Below, one piece after another: positions 20,507 to 31,003 of a DNA stretch of 55,196 bases (positions are counted from its first letter, which is position 1; each line of letters starts with the position of its first letter). The DNA is from a virus (lineage: Duplodnaviria; Caudoviricetes): the IMG/VR virus record IMGVR_UViG_3300033821_000049, positions 1-55,196 of that record, one strand, 5' to 3'. The notes under the pieces were generated by a model. It ran no database searches, was not told the origin of the DNA, and saw only the letters and a list, made by a program, of their open reading frames with translations. The translations under genes were made by a program, and so were the position numbers.

Positions 20507-22630
20507 ATGAAAATATATAAACCAATTGGTAGTAAAGAGAGATTCGCTGAAATATTTCAGGGAGTAAATAAAGTTAAATTAAACGAAGGTTTCGGACAGA
20601 GTTATAATCCACAAGCTGTTCTTGAAATGTCATATGAAGGATTAAAAAATGGTACGCTTAATATTGTGCATAGCAATTCACAAGGAGAAGGCGAACAAAG
20701 TTTTATTGAACTGGTTTGTAAAGACAAACAAGGTAATAATATAACTTTTACATTTAAAACTTTATCAAGTGTTGGTGATCAGGAGGGTGTTTATAATATT
20801 GATAAAACTATAATGACGAATTTTTCATTTGATGACGAAACTGGTGAAGATAGTGTTGAAATGGATGAAAACGCATTAAAACAATTTAATGCACAACATG
20901 CCAATGATTTATTTGACGCAGTTAAACAATATATTGATGTTGAAGAAGAAGAACCAGCAATAGATGAATTATATGAAGATGCTGTTAGAAAAATTGATTC
21001 AAGTCCATTTGGTAAAGACAGTTTTGATAAACTGCAAACTGGCAAAGCATATGCTGATGAAAAACCAGTTAATCCTGCAATAAGAGTAAAATCTCCTGAG
21101 TTAGATAAATTTGTAAACGAAGACGATCTTGATAAGGAAGTATCTCTTGAAGGTAATAAAACCAGTACAAAAATACTTAGCACAGTATCACAGAAAGTAA
21201 AAGAACAAATTATTTTAGATGCTGCAAAAGTTGTGGACAGGGGATTGGAGAAACAAGGACTTAGCAGATATGATATGACTAAAGAAGCATATAATAAATT
21301 AATTAAACAAGTTGGTTTGATGATATTTGAAAGCTATTCTGCAGAGGTTAATGAAAATTTAAACGAAGAAGAAGAAAAAAATGATTATCCTGATCAATTA
21401 GGAAAAAAATTCAAACCAAAAACACATTATCCAAAGAAAAAAAGAAAACCGCAAAGTACTGTCAAATTAACTGAACAGGACGATGACGATGAAATATCTG
21501 ATTTAAATACTCCAGTTCCAATAGATAAAGGAGCGAAAAAAACAGCACAGTCCGATATACATAAAGAATTTAATCGTACAGTACCTTATGATACAAAATT
21601 TGACTTAAGTTTGGCTGAAAAAGCTGAAGAACCAAAAACTGGTGATGATAATGTTACGGATACTGAATTTATGGATACTGAACGTCAGGGACTTCAAGGT
21701 GGTGAAAAAGACGTACCTTCAGATACAACTAATGATGTTAATCCAGAAACAGAAGTGGGTACTGAAAAAGATATTAATACAGGTGATGAAATGGCAGTTG
21801 AACCAGATTTTGATAAAATGGGAATGGGAATTGGTAGTGATTGGGATAAGAAGACAAGAGGAACTGATAACGAACCAGCAAGTGACGAAATTGAAAAAAT
21901 TGCACAGGATAAAGAAGAAGCTGGCGAAATGATAGCAGGTGGTGAAGGTGAAGGAAAATCACCATTAGAATTCACACAAGATCAGATATTGAAAGGTATG
22001 AGAGTTGAAATGGAACATACTGATGACCCGATGGTTTCATTGGAGATTGCTCTTGATCATTTAACTGAAGACCCTGAATATTATGGTAATGATGAAGAAA
22101 ATCCAGAACTGATGGCACAAGCAAATGCAGCAGCAGATGTAGATAAACCAGAAAGTGAAGAAGATGACAAAGAAACAACAAACATGTTACTTGGCTTTAA
22201 ACCTCATAATGTTGGTGATGAAATTGAAGATGATGAAGAAGAAACTCCAAAAGAAACAGGCGTTGAAGATACAGGTGAAGTTCCTGCAGAAGAAAAACCT
22301 AAAGAAGTTGCTGAAGAATATGGTTTTGAAGAATATCAGGGTAATGTTGGTGACAGATATGCAGATGAAGATGGCAATGAATTTGTTGTTCATGACAAAG
22401 TAAAAGGTGGTGTGACATTAAAAACTCAAAGTGGTGAAATTGAAGTTGCAACAAGTGATTTAAAATTTTATAAAAAATTAAATGAAGGCGAAACTATAAA
22501 AAAAATAATTACTGAAGAACAAATTAAAACAGCAAAAAGAACCTTAAGCAATAGTAAAGTTCCAACTGGAATGACAAAAAAAGAAGCTGTACAGATTTTA
22601 ATGAATAATAATCTGAAGAAGATACTATAA
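20507..22630 (+). CDS. Large acidic protein with a DUF5661-like motif (putative head protein)
   Basis: GMRVEMEHTDDP..SLEIALDHLTEDPEYY; very D/E-rich; repeated [LVI]-x-E sites. Confidence 0.55.
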   Translation: MKIYKPIGSKERFAEIFQGVNKVKLNEGFGQSYNPQAVLEMSYEGLKNGTLNIVHSNSQGEGEQSFIELVCKDKQGNNITFTFKTLSSVGDQEGVYNIDKTIMTNFSFDDETGEDSVEMDENALKQFNAQHANDLFDAVKQYIDVEEEEPAIDELYEDAVRKIDSSPFGKDSFDKLQTGKAYADEKPVNPAIRVKSPELDKFVNEDDLDKEVSLEGNKTSTKILSTVSQKVKEQIILDAAKVVDRGLEKQGLSRYDMTKEAYNKLIKQVGLMIFESYSAEVNENLNEEEEKNDYPDQLGKKFKPKTHYPKKKRKPQSTVKLTEQDDDDEISDLNTPVPIDKGAKKTAQSDIHKEFNRTVPYDTKFDLSLAEKAEEPKTGDDNVTDTEFMDTERQGLQGGEKDVPSDTTNDVNPETEVGTEKDINTGDEMAVEPDFDKMGMGIGSDWDKKTRGTDNEPASDEIEKIAQDKEEAGEMIAGGEGEGKSPLEFTQDQILKGMRVEMEHTDDPMVSLEIALDHLTEDPEYYGNDEENPELMAQANAAADVDKPESEEDDKETTNMLLGFKPHNVGDEIEDDEEETPKETGVEDTGEVPAEEKPKEVAEEYGFEEYQGNVGDRYADEDGNEFVVHDKVKGGVTLKTQSGEIEVATSDLKFYKKLNEGETIKKIITEEQIKTAKRTLSNSKVPTGMTKKEAVQILMNNNLKKIL

Positions 22631-22651
22631 TAATTGCAACTTTTCAATAAT

Positions 22652-22679
22652 AAAAAGACTACCAAGTGTAGTCTTTTTT
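22652..22679 (+). terminator. Intrinsic terminator
   Basis: AAAAAGACTAC-CAAGT-GTAGTCTTTTTT. Confidence 0.8.
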
Positions 22680-22709
22680 GTTTATGCGGTATTTATATAG
22701 AAAAAGAAC

Positions 22710-24266
22710 ATGTCAATCTTTAGATCATACTTCTTAAAAAATAATACGCTGATAAGTAGCAACCTTACCAACAATTCGCAAAATCCTGTAACTGAAGTGT
22801 CATATGGTACATCAGAGAAAGAATTAAGCAGATTTATTTTTGATGTTGATTTAAAAGATTTAAAAGACAGAATTACACAAGGTTTGTTAGTTCCCAATAG
22901 TGGAATGACGCATATTTTACATATGACCAATACGATTAGATATTCACCAGACCGTCTTGGTAAAAAATCATATCTACCAAATATTAATAGAGCAAGTAGT
23001 TTTGACCTTCAATTATTTAATGTCAATCAGAATTGGGATGAAGGTAGCGGATATGAATTTGATTATGGTAAAAATTTATTTCAATTTAGCTTGCCCAATC
23101 AACCACCAAATTCATATTATGTAAGAAATGGGGTTATTTTATCTGGCACTACTGGTACTACTGGCAGTACAATAACTGGTGTTACAATAATATATAATAC
23201 TTCAGAATCATTAGATTTCGCATCAAATGTAGGAATATCTAACTGGCTTCAAGCAAGTGGAAATACTAATTGGACTAAAGCTGGCGCATACATTAGTGGT
23301 GTAACTCAAATAATAGGCAGCGAACATTTTGAAAAGGGTGATGAAAATATTGATGTTGATGTTACTGATTATATAAATCAAAGACTATTCGGTACTGGTT
23401 ATACTGGTACAACAGGATTTACTGGTAGTTCTTTTGGTATTGGTATTAAATTTCCAGACAGTTTTGAAGCACTTGACCCTGTATTAAGACAAGCTGTTGC
23501 ATTTTTTGCAAAGCATACTAATACTTATTACGAACCATATATTGAAACAACAATTGATGATAAAATAGTTGATGATAGAAATTATTTTTATTTGGACAAA
23601 AATAACGATTTATTTTTATATTTAAATGTCGGTAATGGCAATGTTTCATATACAGCAACTGTAAATAAAGTTGAAATTTTTGATCAGGATGATAATTTAG
23701 TTTCAGGATTTACTGGCAATTCAATTGTTAATATAAGCAAAGGCGTATATAAAGTAACTTCAAATCTTTCTTCAGTACTATATTCAGATGCTGTTTTATT
23801 CAAAGATAAATGGTCATTAACAATTAATGGCAGAAATATTGAATATGAAGGTGAGTTTTATCTTATATCACCGCATAAATATTATGCATTTAATAATTCT
23901 AACCAAATTAATTTTGAAAATTACTTCTTTTATTTCTGGGGAATTGGTGAAAAAGAGAACATTAGAGCAGGTGTAACAAAAAAAATTAAATTAACCATCA
24001 AAGAACTCTATGCAAATCAAAATAATTTCTTACCTTTGGATATTGAATATCGCTTATTTACAACAGTAGGAAAAAAATATGAACTTGATTTAATACCATT
24101 TACTTCAGTGAACAGAACAAATACGGGATACGAGTTCAATCTTGACACTTCATGGCTGATTCCACAGGATTATTTCTTGCAACTTAGAATGAAAAATGGT
24201 GATTATTATGAAAATAAACAAACACTTTCATTCACTGTTGTTTCTGATGGCAATATAAAATCATAA
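22710..24266 (+). CDS. Putative virion structural protein
   Basis: Beta-rich with WDEGSGY and TG.T repeats; preceded by the GTATTTAT motif. Confidence 0.55.
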   Translation: MSIFRSYFLKNNTLISSNLTNNSQNPVTEVSYGTSEKELSRFIFDVDLKDLKDRITQGLLVPNSGMTHILHMTNTIRYSPDRLGKKSYLPNINRASSFDLQLFNVNQNWDEGSGYEFDYGKNLFQFSLPNQPPNSYYVRNGVILSGTTGTTGSTITGVTIIYNTSESLDFASNVGISNWLQASGNTNWTKAGAYISGVTQIIGSEHFEKGDENIDVDVTDYINQRLFGTGYTGTTGFTGSSFGIGIKFPDSFEALDPVLRQAVAFFAKHTNTYYEPYIETTIDDKIVDDRNYFYLDKNNDLFLYLNVGNGNVSYTATVNKVEIFDQDDNLVSGFTGNSIVNISKGVYKVTSNLSSVLYSDAVLFKDKWSLTINGRNIEYEGEFYLISPHKYYAFNNSNQINFENYFFYFWGIGEKENIRAGVTKKIKLTIKELYANQNNFLPLDIEYRLFTTVGKKYELDLIPFTSVNRTNTGYEFNLDTSWLIPQDYFLQLRMKNGDYYENKQTLSFTVVSDGNIKS

Positions 24267-24345
24267 ATTTTTATTAAAATAGTAAATTTTTTTATTTTTA
24301 TTTAATCTAAATAAAAAAAGTCTTGTATTTATGAGAAATGAAGGC

Positions 24346-24353
24346 TATATTTG
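24346..24353 (+). promoter_or_regulatory. Bacteroidota-type sigma70 promoter for the replication module
   Basis: CTTG at about 24322 and TATATTTG at 24346-24353. Similar elements at 27918-27925 and 32966-32973. Confidence 0.55.
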
Positions 24354-24403
24354 TAGCATAATTTTTATAATTGAAAAATAACTTTACTGTAAATTAAATT
24401 AAA

Positions 24404-25633
24404 ATGGAAAACCAAAATGAAACGACAAACCCACAAGGTGGTAATTTGTCAGATTTGAAAAAAATGTACGCTCACTATCAAAGTGAACAAAGACAAGCAA
24501 GACGTAAAACAAGTGAGGAAATCTTAGCGAAATATTTCGTTCCTCGTAAAAACAAAGAGATTTTTAGAATCCTCCCTCCAAAACCGAACAAGAAACACAT
24601 TGAAGAAGCATTCTTTCATGTTGTGATTACTAATGCTTCGGGTGGAAAGAAAAAACACGGAACTGTCATCTATTGTCCTGCACATAATGACGCAAAAGTT
24701 CCAAGGCTCGACAAAAATGGTCAGCCATTATTAGACACTAATGGTCAAAAGATCATGACTCCACCTCCATGTCCTTTATGTGATAAAGCAAAAAAAATGC
24801 TTATACAGCAAAATCCCTCATTAAAAGGTAGAAAAAAAGAAACTTTGAATGCAAGTGAATTAATAATTTACGAAAAAAACAAAGCAATTTTTACTGAAGC
24901 TAATAAATGGGACGCTAAGAAATTCTACATTGTTCGTGGAATTGATAAAGGTACGGAAAAAGATGGTGTTAAATTCTGGAGATTTAAACACAATTTCAAA
25001 AGTCAAGGTACTCTTGATAAATTACTTCCTATATTACAAGAGTATACAGACATGTATCAAGTTGATTTTGCAGACCCAAAATTTGGAACTGATTTAAGCA
25101 TTACAACGAATGATAGTGAATTCAATGGACATGTTTACAAGCAGATATCTGCAATTAATTTCCGTGGTAAATCATTATTAAGTAATGATTCAGTTGTTAT
25201 GCAATCATGGCTTGAGGATAATACTACATGGAGAGATGTTTTTCTTCCAAAGAAAGCACCGAACATTACATCTTTTGAATTTCTTGAAATGGTTGTAAGT
25301 GGTACTAATCCTTATTGGGATGATACTGATTCAAACAACAAGCATTGGGTATTCCCGGGTCGTCCTGATTTGGAAGAAGCTGCAAATACTCGTACACGTA
25401 ATAATGATGCTGATGAAGATGCAGCATTTGAACAGGCATCTGATTTAATTGATGACGAATATCCACGTGTTACTGTTAGTAATATGACTGCTGACAAAGT
25501 TGGTACATATGAAGATAATGCAGTGAATGTAGGAAATCAAGTGTTAAGTAATGCATCTGCAGCACCTGAAACAAATGTAACTGAACAAGGAGAAAATGTC
25601 CCTGATAAGAATTATGACGACCTCCCCTTCTAA
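24404..25633 (+). CDS. ssDNA-binding protein (T4 gp32-like)
   Basis: FRILPP, Zn ligands H...C...CPLC, VKFWRF, D...GTDL, acidic tail ending DDLPF; precedes recA. Confidence 0.75.
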   Translation: MENQNETTNPQGGNLSDLKKMYAHYQSEQRQARRKTSEEILAKYFVPRKNKEIFRILPPKPNKKHIEEAFFHVVITNASGGKKKHGTVIYCPAHNDAKVPRLDKNGQPLLDTNGQKIMTPPPCPLCDKAKKMLIQQNPSLKGRKKETLNASELIIYEKNKAIFTEANKWDAKKFYIVRGIDKGTEKDGVKFWRFKHNFKSQGTLDKLLPILQEYTDMYQVDFADPKFGTDLSITTNDSEFNGHVYKQISAINFRGKSLLSNDSVVMQSWLEDNTTWRDVFLPKKAPNITSFEFLEMVVSGTNPYWDDTDSNNKHWVFPGRPDLEEAANTRTRNNDADEDAAFEQASDLIDDEYPRVTVSNMTADKVGTYEDNAVNVGNQVLSNASAAPETNVTEQGENVPDKNYDDLPF

Positions 25634-25647
25634 AAATTAAAAATCCG

Positions 25648-25677
25648 TAAAGGGGAAATGTAAAAGTTTCCCCTTTA
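25648..25677 (+). terminator. Hairpin/terminator
   Basis: TAAAGGGGAAA-TGTAAAAG-TTTCCCCTTTA. Confidence 0.65.
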
Positions 25678-25701
25678 TTATATCATTAAACAATTTAAAC
25701 T

Positions 25702-26838
25702 ATGGCAAAAACAACAGAAGAAGTACCTTCAAATGATAAGGTACGTAAACCAATACCCAAAAAGAATTTTTCATTAGAAAATTTCAAGAAAAAAGTAGGA
25801 GTTGATGATGTTCCAGATAAACCATTGATTTGGATATCAATGTCTGAAGGCTTCAGAAAAGCATGTGGTCTACCCGGTTTTGCCAAAGGTTATGTTAATC
25901 AAGTACGTGGACATACAAATACAGGTAAATCAACAGCAATCTGTGAAGTGCTTGTAGAAGCACAAAAAATGGGCATTTTGCCAATTCTTATTGATACTGA
26001 AAATAACATGGGAAGGGGTAGTTACAGATTAACTGAATTAGGTTTTGATTTTGATAATTATATCAGAATTGATAATGATTTTTTACTTCAGAAGTTTGGT
26101 AAAATACAAGATAAAGACAGAAAAGAAGCTGCAATTGAAGACCTTGCAAAATGTTTTTATTATTTTCTTGATCAACAAGCAAACGGTGAATTACCATTTG
26201 ATTTATTATTTGCAATTGATTCAATAGGTACATTGAATTGTATTCAAACAATTAATGCACAAGTAAAAGATGATTCTCAAAATAACATGTGGAATGCTGG
26301 TGCATATGAAAAAGCATTTATGTATTTGTTAAACAACACAATACCAAGCAGCAGAAAGATTAATAAACCATACACCAATACAGTTGTTGCAACTCAAAAA
26401 ATCTGGATTGATAATATGAACAAAGGAGTGGTTAAACACAAAGGTGGCGAAACATGGAATCTTGGTGCAAGACTTATATATCATTTTGGTGGTATTATAA
26501 CACATGGAACAAAAGCTGCAACTGCTGATAGTAAAAAACGTACTGTTAGTTATGGTATTGAAACCAAAATTAGTGTTGCTAAGAATCACGTGGACGGTCC
26601 GCTTGGGGGAATATCAATGCAAGGCATTATTATTTCAACACCACTTGGTTTTGTAAATCCTGATGATATTGATGCATTCAAAAAGAAACATATACTTTAT
26701 TTTCGTAATTTATTTGAAGATGATAGTATTAATGCTGATGAACTCACATTATCAACAAAAAATATTGATGTTAATGGGAAAATTTCATTTGAAGATGAAT
26801 TAATTGAAAGAAGTCCAGAATTACCAGAAGTTGTATAA
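25702..26838 (+). CDS. uvsX: RecA/UvsX-like recombinase
   Basis: Walker A GHTNTGKST, LIDTEN, Walker B FAIDSIG, KGG, VAKNH. Confidence 0.85.
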   Translation: MAKTTEEVPSNDKVRKPIPKKNFSLENFKKKVGVDDVPDKPLIWISMSEGFRKACGLPGFAKGYVNQVRGHTNTGKSTAICEVLVEAQKMGILPILIDTENNMGRGSYRLTELGFDFDNYIRIDNDFLLQKFGKIQDKDRKEAAIEDLAKCFYYFLDQQANGELPFDLLFAIDSIGTLNCIQTINAQVKDDSQNNMWNAGAYEKAFMYLLNNTIPSSRKINKPYTNTVVATQKIWIDNMNKGVVKHKGGETWNLGARLIYHFGGIITHGTKAATADSKKRTVSYGIETKISVAKNHVDGPLGGISMQGIIISTPLGFVNPDDIDAFKKKHILYFRNLFEDDSINADELTLSTKNIDVNGKISFEDELIERSPELPEVV

Positions 26839-27881
26839 TGAAAACCCGTACTTTATTAGTTGATGCCTCATATTTGCTTCAACGTTCTTTTCATGGAGCA
26901 AAGGATGTTTACACACAATCTTTTGGACATATTGGAGCACTTTACAGTTTTTTAACCACTGTTCGTAAAATGATTAAAGAACATATGATCAATAAGGTAA
27001 TACTTGTATGGGATGGTGAAGGCGGTGGTGTTCAACGTTATCGTATTGACAATAAATATAAAGCTAATCGTAAAAATAAAGAATGGTATAAGAAAATTGA
27101 ATTAAGTGATAGAGATATTGAAAAAGAGAATAAAAAGAGAGACTCAATTCTTAAACAAAGACAGCATATAAAAGCATATGCAGAAGAATTGTTTTTAAGA
27201 CAAATTGAAATACAGGACGTTGAAGCAGATGATATAATTGCTGCTTATTGCTTGAAATATGATAACAAAGAAGAAATTTTTCTTTATTCGAGTGATAGAG
27301 ATTTTGCACAATTATTGGATTTAAATTTAAATATAATATTTCCAAACATTGAACAACCAGTAAATAAAACAAATTATATGATGAATTTTAATCATCATTA
27401 TTCAAATGCATTAATATTAAAAATAATATGTGGCGATACTTCTGATAATATTGATGGTATTGAGGGTATGGGAGAAGATACGCTTTTGAAATATTTTCCA
27501 GAATTGAAATTTAAACATTTAACTGTGAGGGAAATTTGCAAAAAAGCGGATGAACTTAATCAAGAAAGAGTTTTAAATAAAAAGAAACCTTTAAAGGCAC
27601 TTGAAAATCTTTTAAACAATATAGACAGACTAAAAATTAATTTTCAGTTAGTTAATTTGAGAGAACCAATGATCAATGATGAAGTGAGAACAGAACTGGA
27701 TAATATCGATTCACCATTGTCACTTGAGGACAGAGGTAGCAAAAATCTCATAAAAATGATGAAAGATGATGAATTTTTAACGGTTTACGGTAGTACATTT
27801 GTTCAATATGTAGAACCGTTTTATACTGTAATCATGTGTGAAAGAGATTTATACCAAAGAAGTATCAGCAAGAAAAAATAG
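26838..27881 (+). CDS. 5'-3' exonuclease (T4 RNase H / PolI 5' nuclease family)
   Basis: LLVDAS, VWDG, YKANR, EADDIIA, SSDRDF.QL, GDTSDNIDGI.G.GE.T. Confidence 0.9.
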   Translation: MKTRTLLVDASYLLQRSFHGAKDVYTQSFGHIGALYSFLTTVRKMIKEHMINKVILVWDGEGGGVQRYRIDNKYKANRKNKEWYKKIELSDRDIEKENKKRDSILKQRQHIKAYAEELFLRQIEIQDVEADDIIAAYCLKYDNKEEIFLYSSDRDFAQLLDLNLNIIFPNIEQPVNKTNYMMNFNHHYSNALILKIICGDTSDNIDGIEGMGEDTLLKYFPELKFKHLTVREICKKADELNQERVLNKKKPLKALENLLNNIDRLKINFQLVNLREPMINDEVRTELDNIDSPLSLEDRGSKNLIKMMKDDEFLTVYGSTFVQYVEPFYTVIMCERDLYQRSISKKK

Positions 27882-27956
27882 TTTTTAAAAACCCTTCCTA
27901 TTTAAAAAGATTCTAAATATATTTGTATAGTTTATTAACAATTAAAAATTTATAAA

Positions 27957-28595
27957 ATGAACGAAAAAGAACATAGTAATTTATTTAGGTTTTCATTAAC
28001 CCAACAGGATGTACTGTTATGTGAAAAAATATTTGATGCTGATCAGTTTAATCCTTTTACGAGATATTCTATTGATATCAGGGATGTGTTGCCAAGGGTA
28101 ATTACTAAACTCCAGAAGACACTTTCCCGTAGAAGTTACATAACATTTAAACTCAAAAACGACAGTGATGCTCCTGAATTGGGATTGAATCGTGAGTATG
28201 ATTATTATGGGTATCGTCAGAAAATGGTTAGTGCATATCCGAAAGAGAAAAGAGAAGGGATGTATTATAATCCCCAGCCAATAGTTCAACAGATTGAAGA
28301 AAAAACAATTCGTGGAGTTGAATGTAAAATTGGTTTTTATATCAATAATAAACCGATTGTTGAGAGAATGTTTTATGTTGATGGGTTTAATCCGATAGCA
28401 AGATGGTCAGTTGAATTAATTGATGAAGTATGTGATACTGCAAACATAATTAAAAATAAAATTTTACATACTGATGTTAAAAATATGTGGGATGATTACG
28501 ATTTAATTAATATCAAGGGATTATCAATCACACAGATCAGAGAACTTTCTCCTTCTAAAAGAGAAGAAATGTTAAGACGACTTAGACGAAATTAA
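27957..28595 (+). CDS. Hypothetical protein in the replication module
   Basis: 212-aa ORF with an internal repeat (FNP..R.S.D/E); has its own promoter. Confidence 0.6.
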   Translation: MNEKEHSNLFRFSLTQQDVLLCEKIFDADQFNPFTRYSIDIRDVLPRVITKLQKTLSRRSYITFKLKNDSDAPELGLNREYDYYGYRQKMVSAYPKEKREGMYYNPQPIVQQIEEKTIRGVECKIGFYINNKPIVERMFYVDGFNPIARWSVELIDEVCDTANIIKNKILHTDVKNMWDDYDLINIKGLSITQIRELSPSKREEMLRRLRRN

Positions 28596-28705
28596 GTTGG
28601 ACAAAAATATGAGCAGTTGTTGGAAATTCTTTCCTTTTATTTTCTTTCTTATTATTATTTTTTCTTTTTTCTCCGACAACTGCTTTCCTTTAACAAATAT
28701 TTTAA

Positions 28706-30832
28706 ATGAGCGAAAATACTGAAAATACCCTAACTTCGTACTTAGGTCCTGAATTTCAACAACGTTTAATGTGGCAATTATTGGTTGAACCAGAATTTGC
28801 AGAAAAAACGATTCCTAATTTAGCTGTTGAATATTTTGATGACCCAAATTTAAAAAGACTTTTTATAATAATATTGGAATTCTATAAAGAATTTAATAAA
28901 GTCCCAAATCTTCAGAATCAAAGTATATTACAAGCAATTAACAAATATAAAAGTCCAAATAATATTATTGAGGAAGAATCATTATTTGCTGTAATAAAAC
29001 GTATTGAATTATGGAATGAAAGAATTATTAACAAACAATTATTATATGATGGTGATGTTGTACAAAAGCAAACCACATCATTTATAAAACAACAGGAATA
29101 TAGAAAAATTGGAGAATATATACTTGGTAAAACAAAGAATGGTGAAATAAAAAGTAAATATGTTATTACTGATATTGAAGATAAATTTCAAAAAGTTGCA
29201 CATATTGGAGATGAAGAAGACTATGGGACTGATGTGTTTGATAATATCGATCATGCATTGAGGAAAGAATTCAGACAAACAATACCCACAAGCATTTTTG
29301 CTATTGACACATTAACAGGTGGTGGACTTGGTAAAGGCGAAATTGGGGTTATTCTAACTCCTTCTGGTGTTGGAAAGACAACAATGCTTACCGTAATTGC
29401 AAACAGTGCATATGAAGAAGAAAAAAATGTTGCTCAGATAGTATTTGAGGATACTATCGAACAGATTCAACGTAAGCATTTTACTATATGGTCAAAAGTT
29501 CCGTTAAGCAAAATTGATATTCCTGAACAAAACGTCATAGTTAATAGAATTGCACACGAGAAAGCAATTAATATGAGGGGTAAAGGTAATCTTGTTATTA
29601 AGAAGTTTAGTCAGGAGAATACCACAATGATGGATATTCGCAAATGGATGATAGGTTATGAGAAAAAATATGGCATTAAATTTGACATACTTGTGCTTGA
29701 CTATTTGGACTGTCTTGAATCTCATAAAAAATCTCCTGACAGAAATGAAGCCGAACTTGTAATCATAAAATCTTTTGAAGCATTGGCTGCAGACTTTAAT
29801 ATACCAGCATGGACTGCAATTCAAACAAATAGAAGTGGTTTTAATGCTGAATATGTTGAAGCATATCAAACTGGTGGTAGTATTAAAAGAGTACAGAAAG
29901 CACATTTTTTTATGAGTGTTGCCAAAACGAAAGATCAACAGGAAGCAAGTTTAGCCAATATTAGAATTATTAAAGCAAGATTTGCAAAAGATGGTCAGGC
30001 ATTTAATGACTGTGTGTTTAATAATGATACATTAGAAATCAAAATTGAAGACCCTAAATATCCTTTACAAACAAAAGGACTAAAACATCATGACAGTGAA
30101 GATATTAATAAACTTGATGAAAGTATTGTTGAAATACAGAAAAAATCATCTGAATATGGACTGCATCTTGCAATTAGTCGTGAAATGAGTTTAACTGAAA
30201 TGGTAAATGACCCAAGTGTTAATGACCATATACCTGACAAGGAAGCACCAATAGATATTGATCAATTTACTCCAAAGACTGATGATGCAGAAATTGTAAA
30301 TATGCATATTGAAACAACCAGAACTGATTTATCTGAAACTGAAATAAAACAAATATATAATATTGCAAAAGAGGCAATTACTGAAACAAAGAAGAGTGAT
30401 GGACTTATTGAAATAGATGAAACTGTAGAAATAAAGACTGTAAATGAGGGTGTAAATATAGGTTTACCATCACCAATAGGTAAAATATGTTATATTGAAC
30501 CTAAGAAAAAAGATGATTTATTGGAATTAAGTGGCGATACTATAATCAGAAAAGTAATTGAAGTTGAGGTAAAATTAGAAGATTTACCATCAAAAGGAAT
30601 GAATCTTGAAAAAAATATTATACTGGAAGAAGTAAAACTTTCAACACCAAAAGTGATAATAAACTCAGAAAAAAAAGAAATAATTTCTTCGAAAGCAATT
30701 TTAAATAAAGAACAACTTGAAGAATTTGAAAAAGGACTAAAAAATCCAGATGCCTTACCAGTTGAGCAAATGGGATTGCATGAAAAATTAAATTTGATCA
30801 TGAAGAAGCAAGATATTTTCAATAAAAAATAA
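28706..30832 (+). CDS. dnaB: Replicative DnaB-like helicase with a long C-terminal extension
   Basis: GGGLGKGE, Walker A PSGVGKT, LVLDYLD, WTAIQTNR, IIKARF. Confidence 0.88.
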   Translation: MSENTENTLTSYLGPEFQQRLMWQLLVEPEFAEKTIPNLAVEYFDDPNLKRLFIIILEFYKEFNKVPNLQNQSILQAINKYKSPNNIIEEESLFAVIKRIELWNERIINKQLLYDGDVVQKQTTSFIKQQEYRKIGEYILGKTKNGEIKSKYVITDIEDKFQKVAHIGDEEDYGTDVFDNIDHALRKEFRQTIPTSIFAIDTLTGGGLGKGEIGVILTPSGVGKTTMLTVIANSAYEEEKNVAQIVFEDTIEQIQRKHFTIWSKVPLSKIDIPEQNVIVNRIAHEKAINMRGKGNLVIKKFSQENTTMMDIRKWMIGYEKKYGIKFDILVLDYLDCLESHKKSPDRNEAELVIIKSFEALAADFNIPAWTAIQTNRSGFNAEYVEAYQTGGSIKRVQKAHFFMSVAKTKDQQEASLANIRIIKARFAKDGQAFNDCVFNNDTLEIKIEDPKYPLQTKGLKHHDSEDINKLDESIVEIQKKSSEYGLHLAISREMSLTEMVNDPSVNDHIPDKEAPIDIDQFTPKTDDAEIVNMHIETTRTDLSETEIKQIYNIAKEAITETKKSDGLIEIDETVEIKTVNEGVNIGLPSPIGKICYIEPKKKDDLLELSGDTIIRKVIEVEVKLEDLPSKGMNLEKNIILEEVKLSTPKVIINSEKKEIISSKAILNKEQLEEFEKGLKNPDALPVEQMGLHEKLNLIMKKQDIFNKK

Positions 30833-30926
30833 TTATTTTATAAAATTTATAACTTTTTTATTTTTATTACGTATTTATTAATCCGAACGACAGTGAAAAA
30901 ATTTTTTAAAAATATTTTGGAAAATA

Positions 30927-30958
30927 CTTGTATATTAAAAATATCTTTATTACGTTTG
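30927..30958 (+). promoter_or_regulatory. Bacteroidota-type promoter driving the ncRNA cluster
   Basis: CTTG (30927-30930) and TACGTTTG (30951-30958). Confidence 0.6.
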
Positions 30959-30975
30959 CATCGTCTTAGGATAAG

Positions 30976-30986
30976 TGTTCTTTAAA
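30976..30986 (+). promoter_or_regulatory. boxA-like antitermination element (1 of 3)
   Basis: TGTTCTTTAAA; also TGTTCTTTGAAA at 31337-31348 and CGTTCTTTAAAA at 32356-32367. Resembles rrn boxA TGCTCTTTAACA. Confidence 0.55.
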
Positions 30987-31003
30987 TAATTGAAATTAAA
31001 AAC

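Noticed and set aside
24404-30832. Introns or inteins in the replication genes
   Set aside because: ORFs are continuous, with no intein C/S...HN motifs or internal endonuclease domains seen.
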